Shown: one piece after another, positions 48,807-57,840 of the stretch
How the letters are laid out: each line of letters opens with the position of its first letter
Position numbering within the stretch: the stretch's first letter is position 1
IMG/VR virus record: IMGVR_UViG_3300032093_011758
Span: 8,362 to 72,361 of that record
Strand: one strand, 5' to 3'
Length of the DNA stretch: 64,000 bases
Source of the DNA: a virus
Notes under the pieces: generated by a model
What the model was told of the DNA's origin: nothing
The model's database searches: none
What the model saw: only the letters and a program-made list of their open reading frames with translations
Program-made: the position numbers and the translations under genes

Positions 48807-49251
48807 ATAGCTTGAAAAATTTTTTAGAGGTTATTGATTTATTCTTTCCTAGTTTCATATTTTTAATATCTTCTTTAGTCACTTCAATACTTGTATATTC
48901 CCCATTATACAAATTTCTTAAATCTAAAACCACAAATCTATCTAAAGATTCTAGTTTTTTATTAAACCCTTCTTCTGTAACCTTTCTACCATATCCGATC
49001 TCTTTTGAGGAAGCAAATGAAACGGTTTTAGTTATGGATCTTATTTCTGTTTTAATGTTATCAGGTTCAATAATATCAAAAGATGAATTTTCTTTTTCTC
49101 GTTTACCCTTATTAAAATTTGAATGTGTGAATTCTCCTAATCTACCCATAATTCTTCCATCATTTAAGAATGATAAAGCTTGAGTTTCAGTAAGACCTAA
49201 AGATTTTGCAAATAGGGGGATATCTATTGAGAAAGTGTTAAGTTTTTTCAT
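48799..49251 (-). CDS. putative small PD-(D/E)xK endonuclease paired with the methyltransferase
   Basis: 150 aa from ATG 49251; E...FDI....TEIRS pattern; overlaps the MTase start. Confidence 0.4.
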   Translation of the reverse strand: MKKLNTFSIDIPLFAKSLGLTETQALSFLNDGRIMGRLGEFTHSNFNKGKREKENSSFDIIEPDNIKTEIRSITKTVSFASSKEIGYGRKVTEEGFNKKLESLDRFVVLDLRNLYNGEYTSIEVTKEDIKNMKLGKNKSITSKKFFKLYD

Positions 49252-49290
49252 TGAAATAATGATAACAAATTCAATGAAAAAATTCAAATA

Positions 49291-49881
49291 CTATTCTTTA
49301 ATTTTTTTTATTTTGGTTATCTTACCCTCAAAAATATGTTGACCAACCTTAATTGAGACAACCTCACTTGTTTTAGATGTTGATTCGGCAATCAATCCGT
49401 TTTCTTTGAAAACTTCTTGAACCACTTCTTTGATCATTTTTTTCAAATCAGTATTATTAGTTTGAGGTTGTGGCGTATTTGTTGTTTTTTTCACTATTTG
49501 TGGTTCTTGTCTTGTATTTCCCATCAACTTTGTTGCCTTTTCAATTAGTTCATCAGATAAAATTGATTCTGACCCCATTAAAGGGTTGGAAGGCGTAATT
49601 GGGTTTTCAATCATTAACTTTTTAATTTCGTCTGGTAACTTTGAGTTCATGATTAAATCTTTTGTGATTGGTTGGTTAGCGGTTTTCTTTGCGGTTGGTA
49701 AAGAATTTTCTGAAAGGAATTCTTGAGGTATATTATAATTCGCAGTGGGAACTGAAAAATCTTCAACTTCAGGATTAGTAATATTAACCATAGGTTCAGT
49801 TGCACCTCCCCTTTTGATTTGATTGTGTTTATCCATAATTGCTTTGGATATCGCTAACTTTTGCATTAAATCTGCACTCAT
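49291..49881 (-). CDS. hypothetical protein
   Basis: 196-aa ORF. Confidence 0.7.
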   Translation of the reverse strand: MSADLMQKLAISKAIMDKHNQIKRGGATEPMVNITNPEVEDFSVPTANYNIPQEFLSENSLPTAKKTANQPITKDLIMNSKLPDEIKKLMIENPITPSNPLMGSESILSDELIEKATKLMGNTRQEPQIVKKTTNTPQPQTNNTDLKKMIKEVVQEVFKENGLIAESTSKTSEVVSIKVGQHIFEGKITKIKKIKE

Positions 49882-49882
49882 A

Positions 49883-50293
49883 TTATGCTAAATTTTCTAT
49901 ATTTTGATTATCGTCAAATTTTGCGTTGACGGTCACACTCACCATACTATCATCACCATTAAAATTATAATTTGGTCTTGGTTCATTGTAAACTTCTCCT
50001 GTTGGTTTAGCACTTAGAATTTTATCTAACCTGAAAAGCCTCCATCCAGGAAGCGGTTGTTCTTTTGTTTTGTCGGTGTGCGATGCCCCTTCAATATCCC
50101 AAGCTCTGAGAACTCTATTATTAGCCTTACTAACTCCTATACAAACAGGTTCTATTCTTCGCAAACCTTTACCTCCATCCTCATCTCCGTCATAGCTGAT
50201 TATCAGTATTTTTCTTTTTTTTACCGCATCAACTAAATCTCCGAAATAGGCTTGTTCAATTAATAAATTTTTTAATGATCCTAAAAGTTTCAT
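49883..50293 (-). CDS. stand-alone WYL-domain protein with short N-terminal leader
   Basis: I.ISY.......R.IEP...G.......LRAW......WRLFRLDKI. Confidence 0.75.
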   Translation of the reverse strand: MKLLGSLKNLLIEQAYFGDLVDAVKKRKILIISYDGDEDGGKGLRRIEPVCIGVSKANNRVLRAWDIEGASHTDKTKEQPLPGWRLFRLDKILSAKPTGEVYNEPRPNYNFNGDDSMVSVTVNAKFDDNQNIENLA

Positions 50294-50586
50294 TAGAAGT
50301 CAGGATATGTTTTCTTTTGATTATACCTATTAATTTTAATTCCTTCCTTTCTTTCAACGTTATCAATGTTGTTTCCAGCTATGTTATTGTAAACATCTAA
50401 AAAACCACCAGTACCTTTTCCTTGTTCATCACCTGTGGCCAACGCGTCAGGGCTAACCGCGGAATATGTCTTTGATGTGTTGTAGTTGTTTTTAGGGAAT
50501 AATTTTTTTCTTTCTTGATCCGCATATTGACTCAATGCGTTATTCTCTGTTTGAGATAAATCAATAGGTTCTAATTGATCTGCCAT
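50293..50586 (-). CDS. hypothetical protein
   Basis: 97-aa ORF, TAATG-coupled to the WYL gene. Confidence 0.7.
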   Translation of the reverse strand: MADQLEPIDLSQTENNALSQYADQERKKLFPKNNYNTSKTYSAVSPDALATGDEQGKGTGGFLDVYNNIAGNNIDNVERKEGIKINRYNQKKTYPDF

Positions 50587-50588
50587 AG

Positions 50589-50981
50589 TTAAATTAATTT
50601 TGACATTATTTGGTTTATTCTTTTAAGCGCTTCAGTTATTTTAACATCTTGATTTACATCATTATGGTTACTAAATCCTTGTTTTTCGTGAGGTCTGATA
50701 AATTGATTTTGCATTCCGGTGTCTGATTTAACTTTTTTTGATGTCTCAATTGATCCTCTATCGGAATTTAATGTTTGGTTTACCCAATTATAAAAAGAAT
50801 CCTCACCTAATTCTTTTTTTTCACCATTTTCCATTCTGTGTTTCAACTTTTTCATTTGAGAATATGAGATATTTCCATTTGATAATAAATTGGAAATAGA
50901 TTCATTATTTGAATATTTTTTCAAATGATCCAAAATGTTATTAGGTATCTTGTATTGTTTTCCGTATAAGTCCTTATTCAC
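50589..50981 (-). CDS. hypothetical protein
   Basis: 130-aa ORF. Confidence 0.7.
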   Translation of the reverse strand: MNKDLYGKQYKIPNNILDHLKKYSNNESISNLLSNGNISYSQMKKLKHRMENGEKKELGEDSFYNWVNQTLNSDRGSIETSKKVKSDTGMQNQFIRPHEKQGFSNHNDVNQDVKITEALKRINQIMSKLI

Positions 50982-51825
50982 TTTTTAACATTTTAATAAG
51001 TTGATTTAGAGTTATTCCTTCTCTATCTGCAATTTTTTTTAATGAATCTATATTTTTTTTCACAATCTTTGAAATCGGTTTTTCTTTTTCGTTAATCTCT
51101 CTATCATCTCCTTTTCCTTTCATAAGTAGATCCTCAACCATTTTGATCATTTTGTTTTTTTCAATTTCACTTAATGTCATTCTATCTATAAATCCAGGTT
51201 TTTTTCTTATTCTTGCGGGGGCTTTTTTTGTTCTTTTTCCTAAAGGATCTTTTCCTTGTTGTTTTGTTCTTTGTTTTGCGTCGTCAGGATCCATATCAAG
51301 TTTCTTGACATAATACTTGTAGGTATTTTTTCCATCCATATCTTTTGTTTCCTCGTAACCGAAAGCGTCTGAAAAGTCTACTTCATTCATAACATTTTCT
51401 TGTTCAATTGATTCACCATAGTATCTTCTATAACCCCTTGTTACAGGATTATTTGTCATTCTAGCCATAACGATTGTTTGGTCTGTCGTTTTTCTAGGTG
51501 CCATGGCCATATCAAGTTTTGGAATTCTTGAACTTTTGAATGTGCCATCCGCATCAATAAATTCCTCAATTTCCCCCGACTTTTTAACCGGTTCAAAAAA
51601 TTTTTTAATTTGCCCTTTTGTTTTTATTTTTTTGTCTTTCAAAATTTTCAATATACCTTTTCTCACTTTATCTTTATCCTTTTTTTCAAAATCAAGTTTT
51701 TCGTCTTCTTTCTTGGATTCATTTAAAGTATTTCCTATAGAGTAATAAAGGGATATTCTATCACTCTTTTCAGTTAGAAAAAAATAATAGGGTTTAAAAA
51801 AATATTCTTTGCCTATTTCTATCAT
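50974..51825 (-). CDS. hypothetical basic protein (possible internal head protein)
   Basis: 283 aa; LNE|S, MNE|V, INE|K candidate sites; TATTTAT upstream. Confidence 0.65.
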   Translation of the reverse strand: MIEIGKEYFFKPYYFFLTEKSDRISLYYSIGNTLNESKKEDEKLDFEKKDKDKVRKGILKILKDKKIKTKGQIKKFFEPVKKSGEIEEFIDADGTFKSSRIPKLDMAMAPRKTTDQTIVMARMTNNPVTRGYRRYYGESIEQENVMNEVDFSDAFGYEETKDMDGKNTYKYYVKKLDMDPDDAKQRTKQQGKDPLGKRTKKAPARIRKKPGFIDRMTLSEIEKNKMIKMVEDLLMKGKGDDREINEKEKPISKIVKKNIDSLKKIADREGITLNQLIKMLKSE

Positions 51826-51837
51826 CTTTTTTTATAT

Positions 51838-51844
51838 ATAAATA
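51838..51844 (-). promoter_or_regulatory. TATTTAT putative late promoter
   Basis: Divergent partner of the motif at 51858. Confidence 0.6.
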
Positions 51845-51857
51845 CTGCGATACAAGG

Positions 51858-51864
51858 TATTTAT
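51858..51864 (+). promoter_or_regulatory. TATTTAT putative late promoter (fibre block)
   Basis: 9 nt before ATG 51874. Confidence 0.6.
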
Positions 51865-51873
51865 CTATGAATT

Positions 51874-54060
51874 ATGGCATATCAGAATATTAATCAATAT
51901 GTTTTTAAGAAATGGCGTATAATTGAAAGACCAATAATACAAGATTTCTCTCTTGCATCAGATGAAAAAGACTACAAAGAGGAGGTAATCTTCTCAAGAC
52001 AAATTATTGCCCATGATGATGGAAACAAATTACCAATAAGTTTTGATTTGGATGATTCCAATTCAAGTGAATTGTTTGTTCTAAATTACAAAAACTATAA
52101 CCCTTTCAATAATATTATATCTACTAATTTTTATAACCCTAAGAACGAAGATTTGACTTGTTTTAGTTCACAAACTTCTTGTGATATAGGTCTTACAGGT
52201 ATAGATAATGGGTTAGTATCTGAAATGACAGGACAAACAATAACATTTACAAAAGGTTTATTGCCTGATTCTGAAAAGTTTGACAGGTTATCATTTGATA
52301 GAAGATTAAAATTACATCAGGTTACTGGGTATACTTGGCAACCTAATTTGCAGTTTTCAGGGTTACCTGAGAATATGTTATTTGAAGTCGTATCAAAACA
52401 AAATAGTAAAGTTGGTGTGTATCACGAACTTTATGGTGGGTTTTATCAAGGATTTTATAAATTATTCGGATATGATTATGAAACATTTCCAAGTAGGGTA
52501 AACAAAGGGTGGTCAGTTGAGATGTTGATCAAACCAAGAATTGTGGATGAATTTGTTCCAAATCCTGATGAAACATCATTAAATGAAGTTTATCCAAATA
52601 ACAAAAATATTTTCTTTTATTTGGGAACTAGATCGGAGAATAAATTTTATCACCACGCTGATGGATCACCAAGTTCTTTGTCAGAATATAGTAGAGTTAC
52701 TTCAAGTCTGACATCTTTAGAAACTTGTGCTTGTTGTAACCCTGAAAATACAAACTCAAGATGCATATATGTTTATCCCCCAAGATCTATAAATAACGAA
52801 CACGATCCTCATAATAACTATGGATGTAATGTGTGTGGGGCGAGTTATGAATTCATGAAACCAACTTGTGAGTGTAATTGTGATCCGATACCCACATGTG
52901 GATGGGAGTGTAAACAACATGGTTGTGTAACAAAATATACAACAACCACAACAACTCAAAAATCTGATTGTGGAACACCTTGTGAAACATGTCAAAGCTG
53001 TGAATCGGTATCTTATGGTTCGGTTGAAAACACTTGTGAAACAGATCCATTGTATGATGGAATGTCAAATGCAATATCTTTCAAATTATGTGGAGACCCC
53101 AAAAATCCTGGTATCGGAGTTAGAATACTTCGTTTTACCGGGGGATGTGAAGTTTCCGGATCATGTCCCACAGGTGCAACATACACGACGGGATATACTG
53201 TAGATGACTACTGCACGACTAAAAAGATTTATGACTATTGTATCGCAGAAGGAAACCCTGAGTTCTTGGAACAGGAACATTGGATCCAAGTAAACTTTGT
53301 TTGGGAAAGATATTCCAACTTAGAAGATTGTGATTTGGTAAATAAAGGGGGATTAGGATTAATTACTGAAATTGAATATTTGGATTCATTAGCAAATAAT
53401 TCGGTGTCTCTTATAAAACCACCTGTAACTCAAGGGTGTAGTTCGGCGGATGAAATAGAACTTGTGAATCTTAATCAAAATTGGTTAGATGAGAAGAAAT
53501 ATAGAATGGGTAGATTAAAAATTTATGTTAATGGTAGAGTGTTTGAAGTATTAGAAAATATAGAAGAAATAATCCCAAGAGCCCTTAATACTGATAAAGA
53601 AAAACAAGTTGGGGTTCCGTTTAATATTTCTTGGGGTGGAGGAACTCAAGGATTACATAACCATTTAACGTTCACAGGAATACCCGAATCAACATCAGGT
53701 TTGATCTATCAACAAGATCCGGAATTATTTCCAACAAACATTTTGAGTGGAACTACCTTCTCTGAACTTAAAACAAACATACTTTTAGAACAAAACTTTG
53801 GTGGAACATTTGAAGGAGGAATTTCTCAATTCAGAATGTACACCCAACCTTTGAGTGCTGATGAGGTAAAACACAACTTTTTATTATTAAAAAATAAATT
53901 TGACTTGTTCGACTATGATTGTCCGAATTGTTGTTTGGGTGATGATTTTGAATTTACACTACCAACACCAATTACTACGACAACCACTACTTACGTACCA
54001 ATTACAACCACAACGACATTCATTCCTGTAACAACTACAACAACTTATTTTGGTGGATGA
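51874..54060 (+). CDS. LamG/concanavalin-like beta-sandwich virion protein with Cys-rich insertion and Thr-rich tail
   Basis: [10 protein letters not shown]...W.QV.FVW...LKIYVNG...ISWGGG...[13 protein letters not shown]...EV..NF; about 29 Cys. Confidence 0.6.
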   Translation: MAYQNINQYVFKKWRIIERPIIQDFSLASDEKDYKEEVIFSRQIIAHDDGNKLPISFDLDDSNSSELFVLNYKNYNPFNNIISTNFYNPKNEDLTCFSSQTSCDIGLTGIDNGLVSEMTGQTITFTKGLLPDSEKFDRLSFDRRLKLHQVTGYTWQPNLQFSGLPENMLFEVVSKQNSKVGVYHELYGGFYQGFYKLFGYDYETFPSRVNKGWSVEMLIKPRIVDEFVPNPDETSLNEVYPNNKNIFFYLGTRSENKFYHHADGSPSSLSEYSRVTSSLTSLETCACCNPENTNSRCIYVYPPRSINNEHDPHNNYGCNVCGASYEFMKPTCECNCDPIPTCGWECKQHGCVTKYTTTTTTQKSDCGTPCETCQSCESVSYGSVENTCETDPLYDGMSNAISFKLCGDPKNPGIGVRILRFTGGCEVSGSCPTGATYTTGYTVDDYCTTKKIYDYCIAEGNPEFLEQEHWIQVNFVWERYSNLEDCDLVNKGGLGLITEIEYLDSLANNSVSLIKPPVTQGCSSADEIELVNLNQNWLDEKKYRMGRLKIYVNGRVFEVLENIEEIIPRALNTDKEKQVGVPFNISWGGGTQGLHNHLTFTGIPESTSGLIYQQDPELFPTNILSGTTFSELKTNILLEQNFGGTFEGGISQFRMYTQPLSADEVKHNFLLLKNKFDLFDYDCPNCCLGDDFEFTLPTPITTTTTTYVPITTTTTFIPVTTTTTYFGG

Positions 54061-54061
54061 T

Positions 54062-55738
54062 ATGAATAATTTGATAACGATACAAAGTAAAATATATAGT
54101 GGAAAAACTCTCAATATTGTTTTTATCCCGGATAATCAACACATTAAAATTGATTTGGGTAATCACGTTATTCCTTATAATTTTAATTCTGCATTGTTGT
54201 CACCCCCTCGTGAAGTTTATGGTCAATATATCATAAATTCTTTGAGTGGAGATTGTTTATTTAATTTATTTGTTGTAAGACCAACACCTACTAACACACC
54301 ATCACCAACTAAAACACCTACAAATACTCAAACACCTTCCGTTACATCAACTAATACTTTAACACCGACTCCAACTCCAACGAATACAGAATGCTTCTTC
54401 CCGACATATACTCCAACTAGTACACCTACATCGACAAACACACCAACACCGACTAATACACCTACAAATACGGAGTGTTTCTTCCCAACATTACCTAATG
54501 TCACACCTACTAACACACCAAGTAATTCATCAACACCTTCTAATACACCAACTAACACAGGCACACCAACTCAAACTTCTACACCCACAATTACCCCAAC
54601 TCCAACAAATTTACCGATACAAACTCCGACTGTTACTCCAACCAACACACAAACTCCAACTAATACAGAAACATCTACTAATACCCCAACTCCTACAAAT
54701 ACACAAACACCAACTAATACAAATACTCAAACACCCACAACAACCAATACACAAACACCAACAAACACAGAAACACCTACACAAACTTCAACCCCAACTA
54801 ATACACAAACACCAACAAACACAGAAACCCCTACCAATACTCCGACTCCTTCAGTTACAATAGGATTAACCCCAACTGCAACAGAAACTCCCACCCCTAC
54901 AAATACACAAACACCAACTAATACAGAAACTCCCACCCCTACAAATACAAGCACTCAAACTCCAACTAACACAGAAACTTCAACCCCAACGAATACACCA
55001 ACTCAAACTCAAACACAAACTCCGACTAACACTCCAACTCCAACTAACACAGAAACCTCAACACCTACCAATACTCCAACTAACACAGAAACACCAACTC
55101 AAACTCCAACACAAACAACTCCATTGAGTTGTGACTTTACATACACGTTGATTGAAAATTGTGACGCCGAATATCAATTTTTAGGCGTCCCTCCGAGTTT
55201 ATTTGTTTGGGAATATTTGAATCCCGGAGATTACATAGACGGATCATTACAAACAAATAGAGGAACATCATCTGTTAAAATGACAACTTCAGGTGGTAGT
55301 TTGGTTCCTGATTGTGTCACGAGCGGAATAACATTTGCCGGTTTAGGAACTGAAGTTCCACAATTTCAAAACTACTTGGTTTGTGGAATACCAAACACTT
55401 TAACCACGGATGCTTATAGGGTTATATCACCAATAGAGATGACATTCACATTCACACCCGCAGTCACAAATCCATTACTCGCTTTTTGGTCTTTGGGTCA
55501 ATCGGGAATATGTCAAACTTTTAGTGCCGACACTAACTTCCAAAACTTCCCGTATTGTTATAATACAGCCGAGCAACCATTAACACTCAATTTGGTTAAT
55601 AGAACTATAACCGCATGTGAAGGATTTGGTGTAATTGAGTTCCAAGGAACATTCAGTCAAATTAAATTATCTGTATTGTCAACAGAATGTAGAACTAATT
55701 TCTTGTGGGCAAACATAATATGGGGATTTGAGGAATAA
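54062..55738 (+). CDS. mucin-like Thr/Pro-rich virion fibre/decoration protein
   Basis: Small N-domain, ~280-aa TPT(N/E/Q) stalk, C-terminal beta domain; no signal peptide. Confidence 0.7.
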   Translation: MNNLITIQSKIYSGKTLNIVFIPDNQHIKIDLGNHVIPYNFNSALLSPPREVYGQYIINSLSGDCLFNLFVVRPTPTNTPSPTKTPTNTQTPSVTSTNTLTPTPTPTNTECFFPTYTPTSTPTSTNTPTPTNTPTNTECFFPTLPNVTPTNTPSNSSTPSNTPTNTGTPTQTSTPTITPTPTNLPIQTPTVTPTNTQTPTNTETSTNTPTPTNTQTPTNTNTQTPTTTNTQTPTNTETPTQTSTPTNTQTPTNTETPTNTPTPSVTIGLTPTATETPTPTNTQTPTNTETPTPTNTSTQTPTNTETSTPTNTPTQTQTQTPTNTPTPTNTETSTPTNTPTNTETPTQTPTQTTPLSCDFTYTLIENCDAEYQFLGVPPSLFVWEYLNPGDYIDGSLQTNRGTSSVKMTTSGGSLVPDCVTSGITFAGLGTEVPQFQNYLVCGIPNTLTTDAYRVISPIEMTFTFTPAVTNPLLAFWSLGQSGICQTFSADTNFQNFPYCYNTAEQPLTLNLVNRTITACEGFGVIEFQGTFSQIKLSVLSTECRTNFLWANIIWGFEE

Positions 55739-55752
55739 ATGAACATAAATAA

Positions 55753-55759
55753 TATTTAT
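55753..55759 (+). promoter_or_regulatory. TATTTAT putative late promoter
   Basis: 12 nt before ATG 55772. Confidence 0.6.
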
Positions 55760-55771
55760 AATTAAATAAAA

Positions 55772-57076
55772 ATGATAATAGGGGTTTACATATCAAGTTC
55801 TAACTACAACGGACAAACTGCGTTCGTAACCTTTTCTCCAACTACAGGTGGAACTATAACCATAGGTAATAAGTTAATACCCTTTAATTATTATGACAAC
55901 TATCCCTACGGAACTTATAATTTATATTTTTCTTCCATAAACCAAACTTGTATCGTTGAGGTTATTCAACCGACACCGACACCAACACCAACCAATACCG
56001 TAACCCCTACTGAAAGTCCATTAATAACTGAAACCGCAACTCCAACCCCAACTGCAACACCTCCAATTATAACTTGTGAAGAACTTCTTGTTTCAGAAAA
56101 TAACCTTTATATAATGACTGAAGGTAGTGATATCATTTCTTTACAACAAGACCTATGTCCTAGCTCAACGCCAACAAACACCCCAACTGAAACTCCAACC
56201 CCAACTAACACTCCTACAAATACAGAAACACCAACCAATACTCCAAGTGAAACCCCTACCGAGACACCAACCCCAACTAATACCGAAACTCCAACTGAAA
56301 CCCCGACGCCTACCAATACCGAAACTCCAACTGAAACCCCAACCGAGACACCAACCCCAACTAATACCGAAACTCCAACTGAAACTCCAACACCGACTAA
56401 TACAGAGACACCAACTGAAACCCCTGTTGCAAGTCAAACAAACACACCAACAAATACTGAAACCCCGACTGAAACTCCAACAGAGACACCAACTCCGACT
56501 AACACCCCAACTGTAACTTCAACTCCGATTTGTGATCAATTATTAACGAATGAAAATGATGACAATATACTATATGAAAATGGTGATTTCTTATCATTAG
56601 AACAGGACTTCTGCCCGAGTCAAACCCCTACTAATACACCAACAAACACACCAACTCCAACTAATACCCCTACTGAAACAGAAACAAGCACACCTACACC
56701 TACTGAAACAGAAACAAGCACACCTACACCTACTGAAACAGAAACAAGCACACCTACACCTACTGAAACACCAACTCAAACTCCAAGTGAAACACCTACC
56801 GAAACTCCAACCCCAACTAACACAGAGACACCAACTGAAACTCCGACCCCAACTAACACAGAGACACCAACTGAAACTCCAACTAACACTCCAACTCCAA
56901 CCCAAACAGAATCTAATTTACCATTAGAGACACCAACACCAACCGCAACAAGTTCTGAAACACCTACTGAAACACCAACACCAACTCCAACTCCAACTGA
57001 CGCGAATGAAAATATGACAGCCGAAAATGGAGATACAATAACCGCTCAAAATGACGATCCAATTATTTTTGATTAA
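55772..57076 (+). CDS. mucin-like Thr/Pro-rich protein with three xxEN-type short repeats
   Basis: N-domain paralogous to ORF 54062; TPTET stalks; LLVSENNLYI, LLTNENDDNI, MTAENGDTI motifs. Confidence 0.7.
   Translation: MIIGVYISSSNYNGQTAFVTFSPTTGGTITIGNKLIPFNYYDNYPYGTYNLYFSSINQTCIVEVIQPTPTPTPTNTVTPTESPLITETATPTPTATPPIITCEELLVSENNLYIMTEGSDIISLQQDLCPSSTPTNTPTETPTPTNTPTNTETPTNTPSETPTETPTPTNTETPTETPTPTNTETPTETPTETPTPTNTETPTETPTPTNTETPTETPVASQTNTPTNTETPTETPTETPTPTNTPTVTSTPICDQLLTNENDDNILYENGDFLSLEQDFCPSQTPTNTPTNTPTPTNTPTETETSTPTPTETETSTPTPTETETSTPTPTETPTQTPSETPTETPTPTNTETPTETPTPTNTETPTETPTNTPTPTQTESNLPLETPTPTATSSETPTETPTPTPTPTDANENMTAENGDTITAQNDDPIIFD
56669..56770 (+). repeat. perfect 30-bp tandem repeat (3.4 copies) encoding PTETETSTPT
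   Basis: CCTACTGAAACAGAAACAAGCACACCTACA. Confidence 0.9.
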
Positions 57077-57100
57077 ATGTAAAAAATCATAAACTCAATA

Positions 57101-57107
57101 TATTTAT
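57101..57107 (+). promoter_or_regulatory. TATTTAT putative late promoter
   Basis: 14 nt before ATG 57122. Confidence 0.6.
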
Positions 57108-57121
57108 AAAATAAAAAAACT

Positions 57122-57748
57122 ATGGCAAACGTAAAAATATCTCAACTACCTACTTACACAGGTAATACACAAAACACTTGGATGGTAATAAACGATTCAG
57201 GTGAAACCACGAGTTATAAAGTTCAAAAACAATATTTCTTTGCGGCCGCAGGATTTTCTTGGGTAGACACCGGATCGGGAAGTAACTACCCTGCGAGTGA
57301 TAGATATGGTAATCTAACAAACGCTTCAGATAACTATATGCCTTTTAATACGACAATTTTTAACAATAATACAGATGTATTTGAATTAGTTAATTCAGGA
57401 TCTGTATCTGGAACTTTAGGTGATACGGGAGCTAGGGTTTATATTAAAGTTCCTGGAATATATCAAATATCTTGTCAAGTGCATTTGTTTGACCTTTTCG
57501 GTAATATTGATGTTTTAGTCAAATTATCATCATCATCAACCTCGGCAGGAACAATGTCTTTGGTTACTTTACTTCACGATTATAAGTCAGTTGAAACATC
57601 TGCAGATCAATTAATGAATGGAACACTTTTGATAAATGTAACCGATCCTACTTATTATGGACTTGCGGTAACTCCAAGTGCAAATACTCCATTCCCTTCG
57701 GCAACCAATTCAACCCCAACAAGGTGGTTCTTCCAAAAAATATCTTAA
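57122..57748 (+). CDS. fibre tip-like protein (MANVKISQLP N-terminus; C1q/BclA-CTD-like C-domain)
   Basis: MPFNT...N...F...VYIKVPGIYQISCQV resembles TNF/C1q-like trimeric tip domains. Confidence 0.55.
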   Translation: MANVKISQLPTYTGNTQNTWMVINDSGETTSYKVQKQYFFAAAGFSWVDTGSGSNYPASDRYGNLTNASDNYMPFNTTIFNNNTDVFELVNSGSVSGTLGDTGARVYIKVPGIYQISCQVHLFDLFGNIDVLVKLSSSSTSAGTMSLVTLLHDYKSVETSADQLMNGTLLINVTDPTYYGLAVTPSANTPFPSATNSTPTRWFFQKIS

Positions 57749-57753
57749 TAAAG

Positions 57754-57778
57754 AAACCCTCGAATAAATCGGGGGTTT
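57754..57778 (+). terminator. intrinsic terminator
   Basis: AAACCCTCGA-ATAAA-TCGGGGGTTT. Confidence 0.7.
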
Positions 57779-57818
57779 ATGTTTTTAATTAATCACTTGA
57801 ATTTAATTCTATTACAAC

Positions 57819-57829
57819 TATTTATTTAT
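57819..57829 (+). promoter_or_regulatory. overlapping tandem TATTTAT putative late promoter
   Basis: TATTTATTTAT, 11 nt before the in-frame ATC at 57841. Confidence 0.55.
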
Positions 57830-57840
57830 AAAAATAAGTT

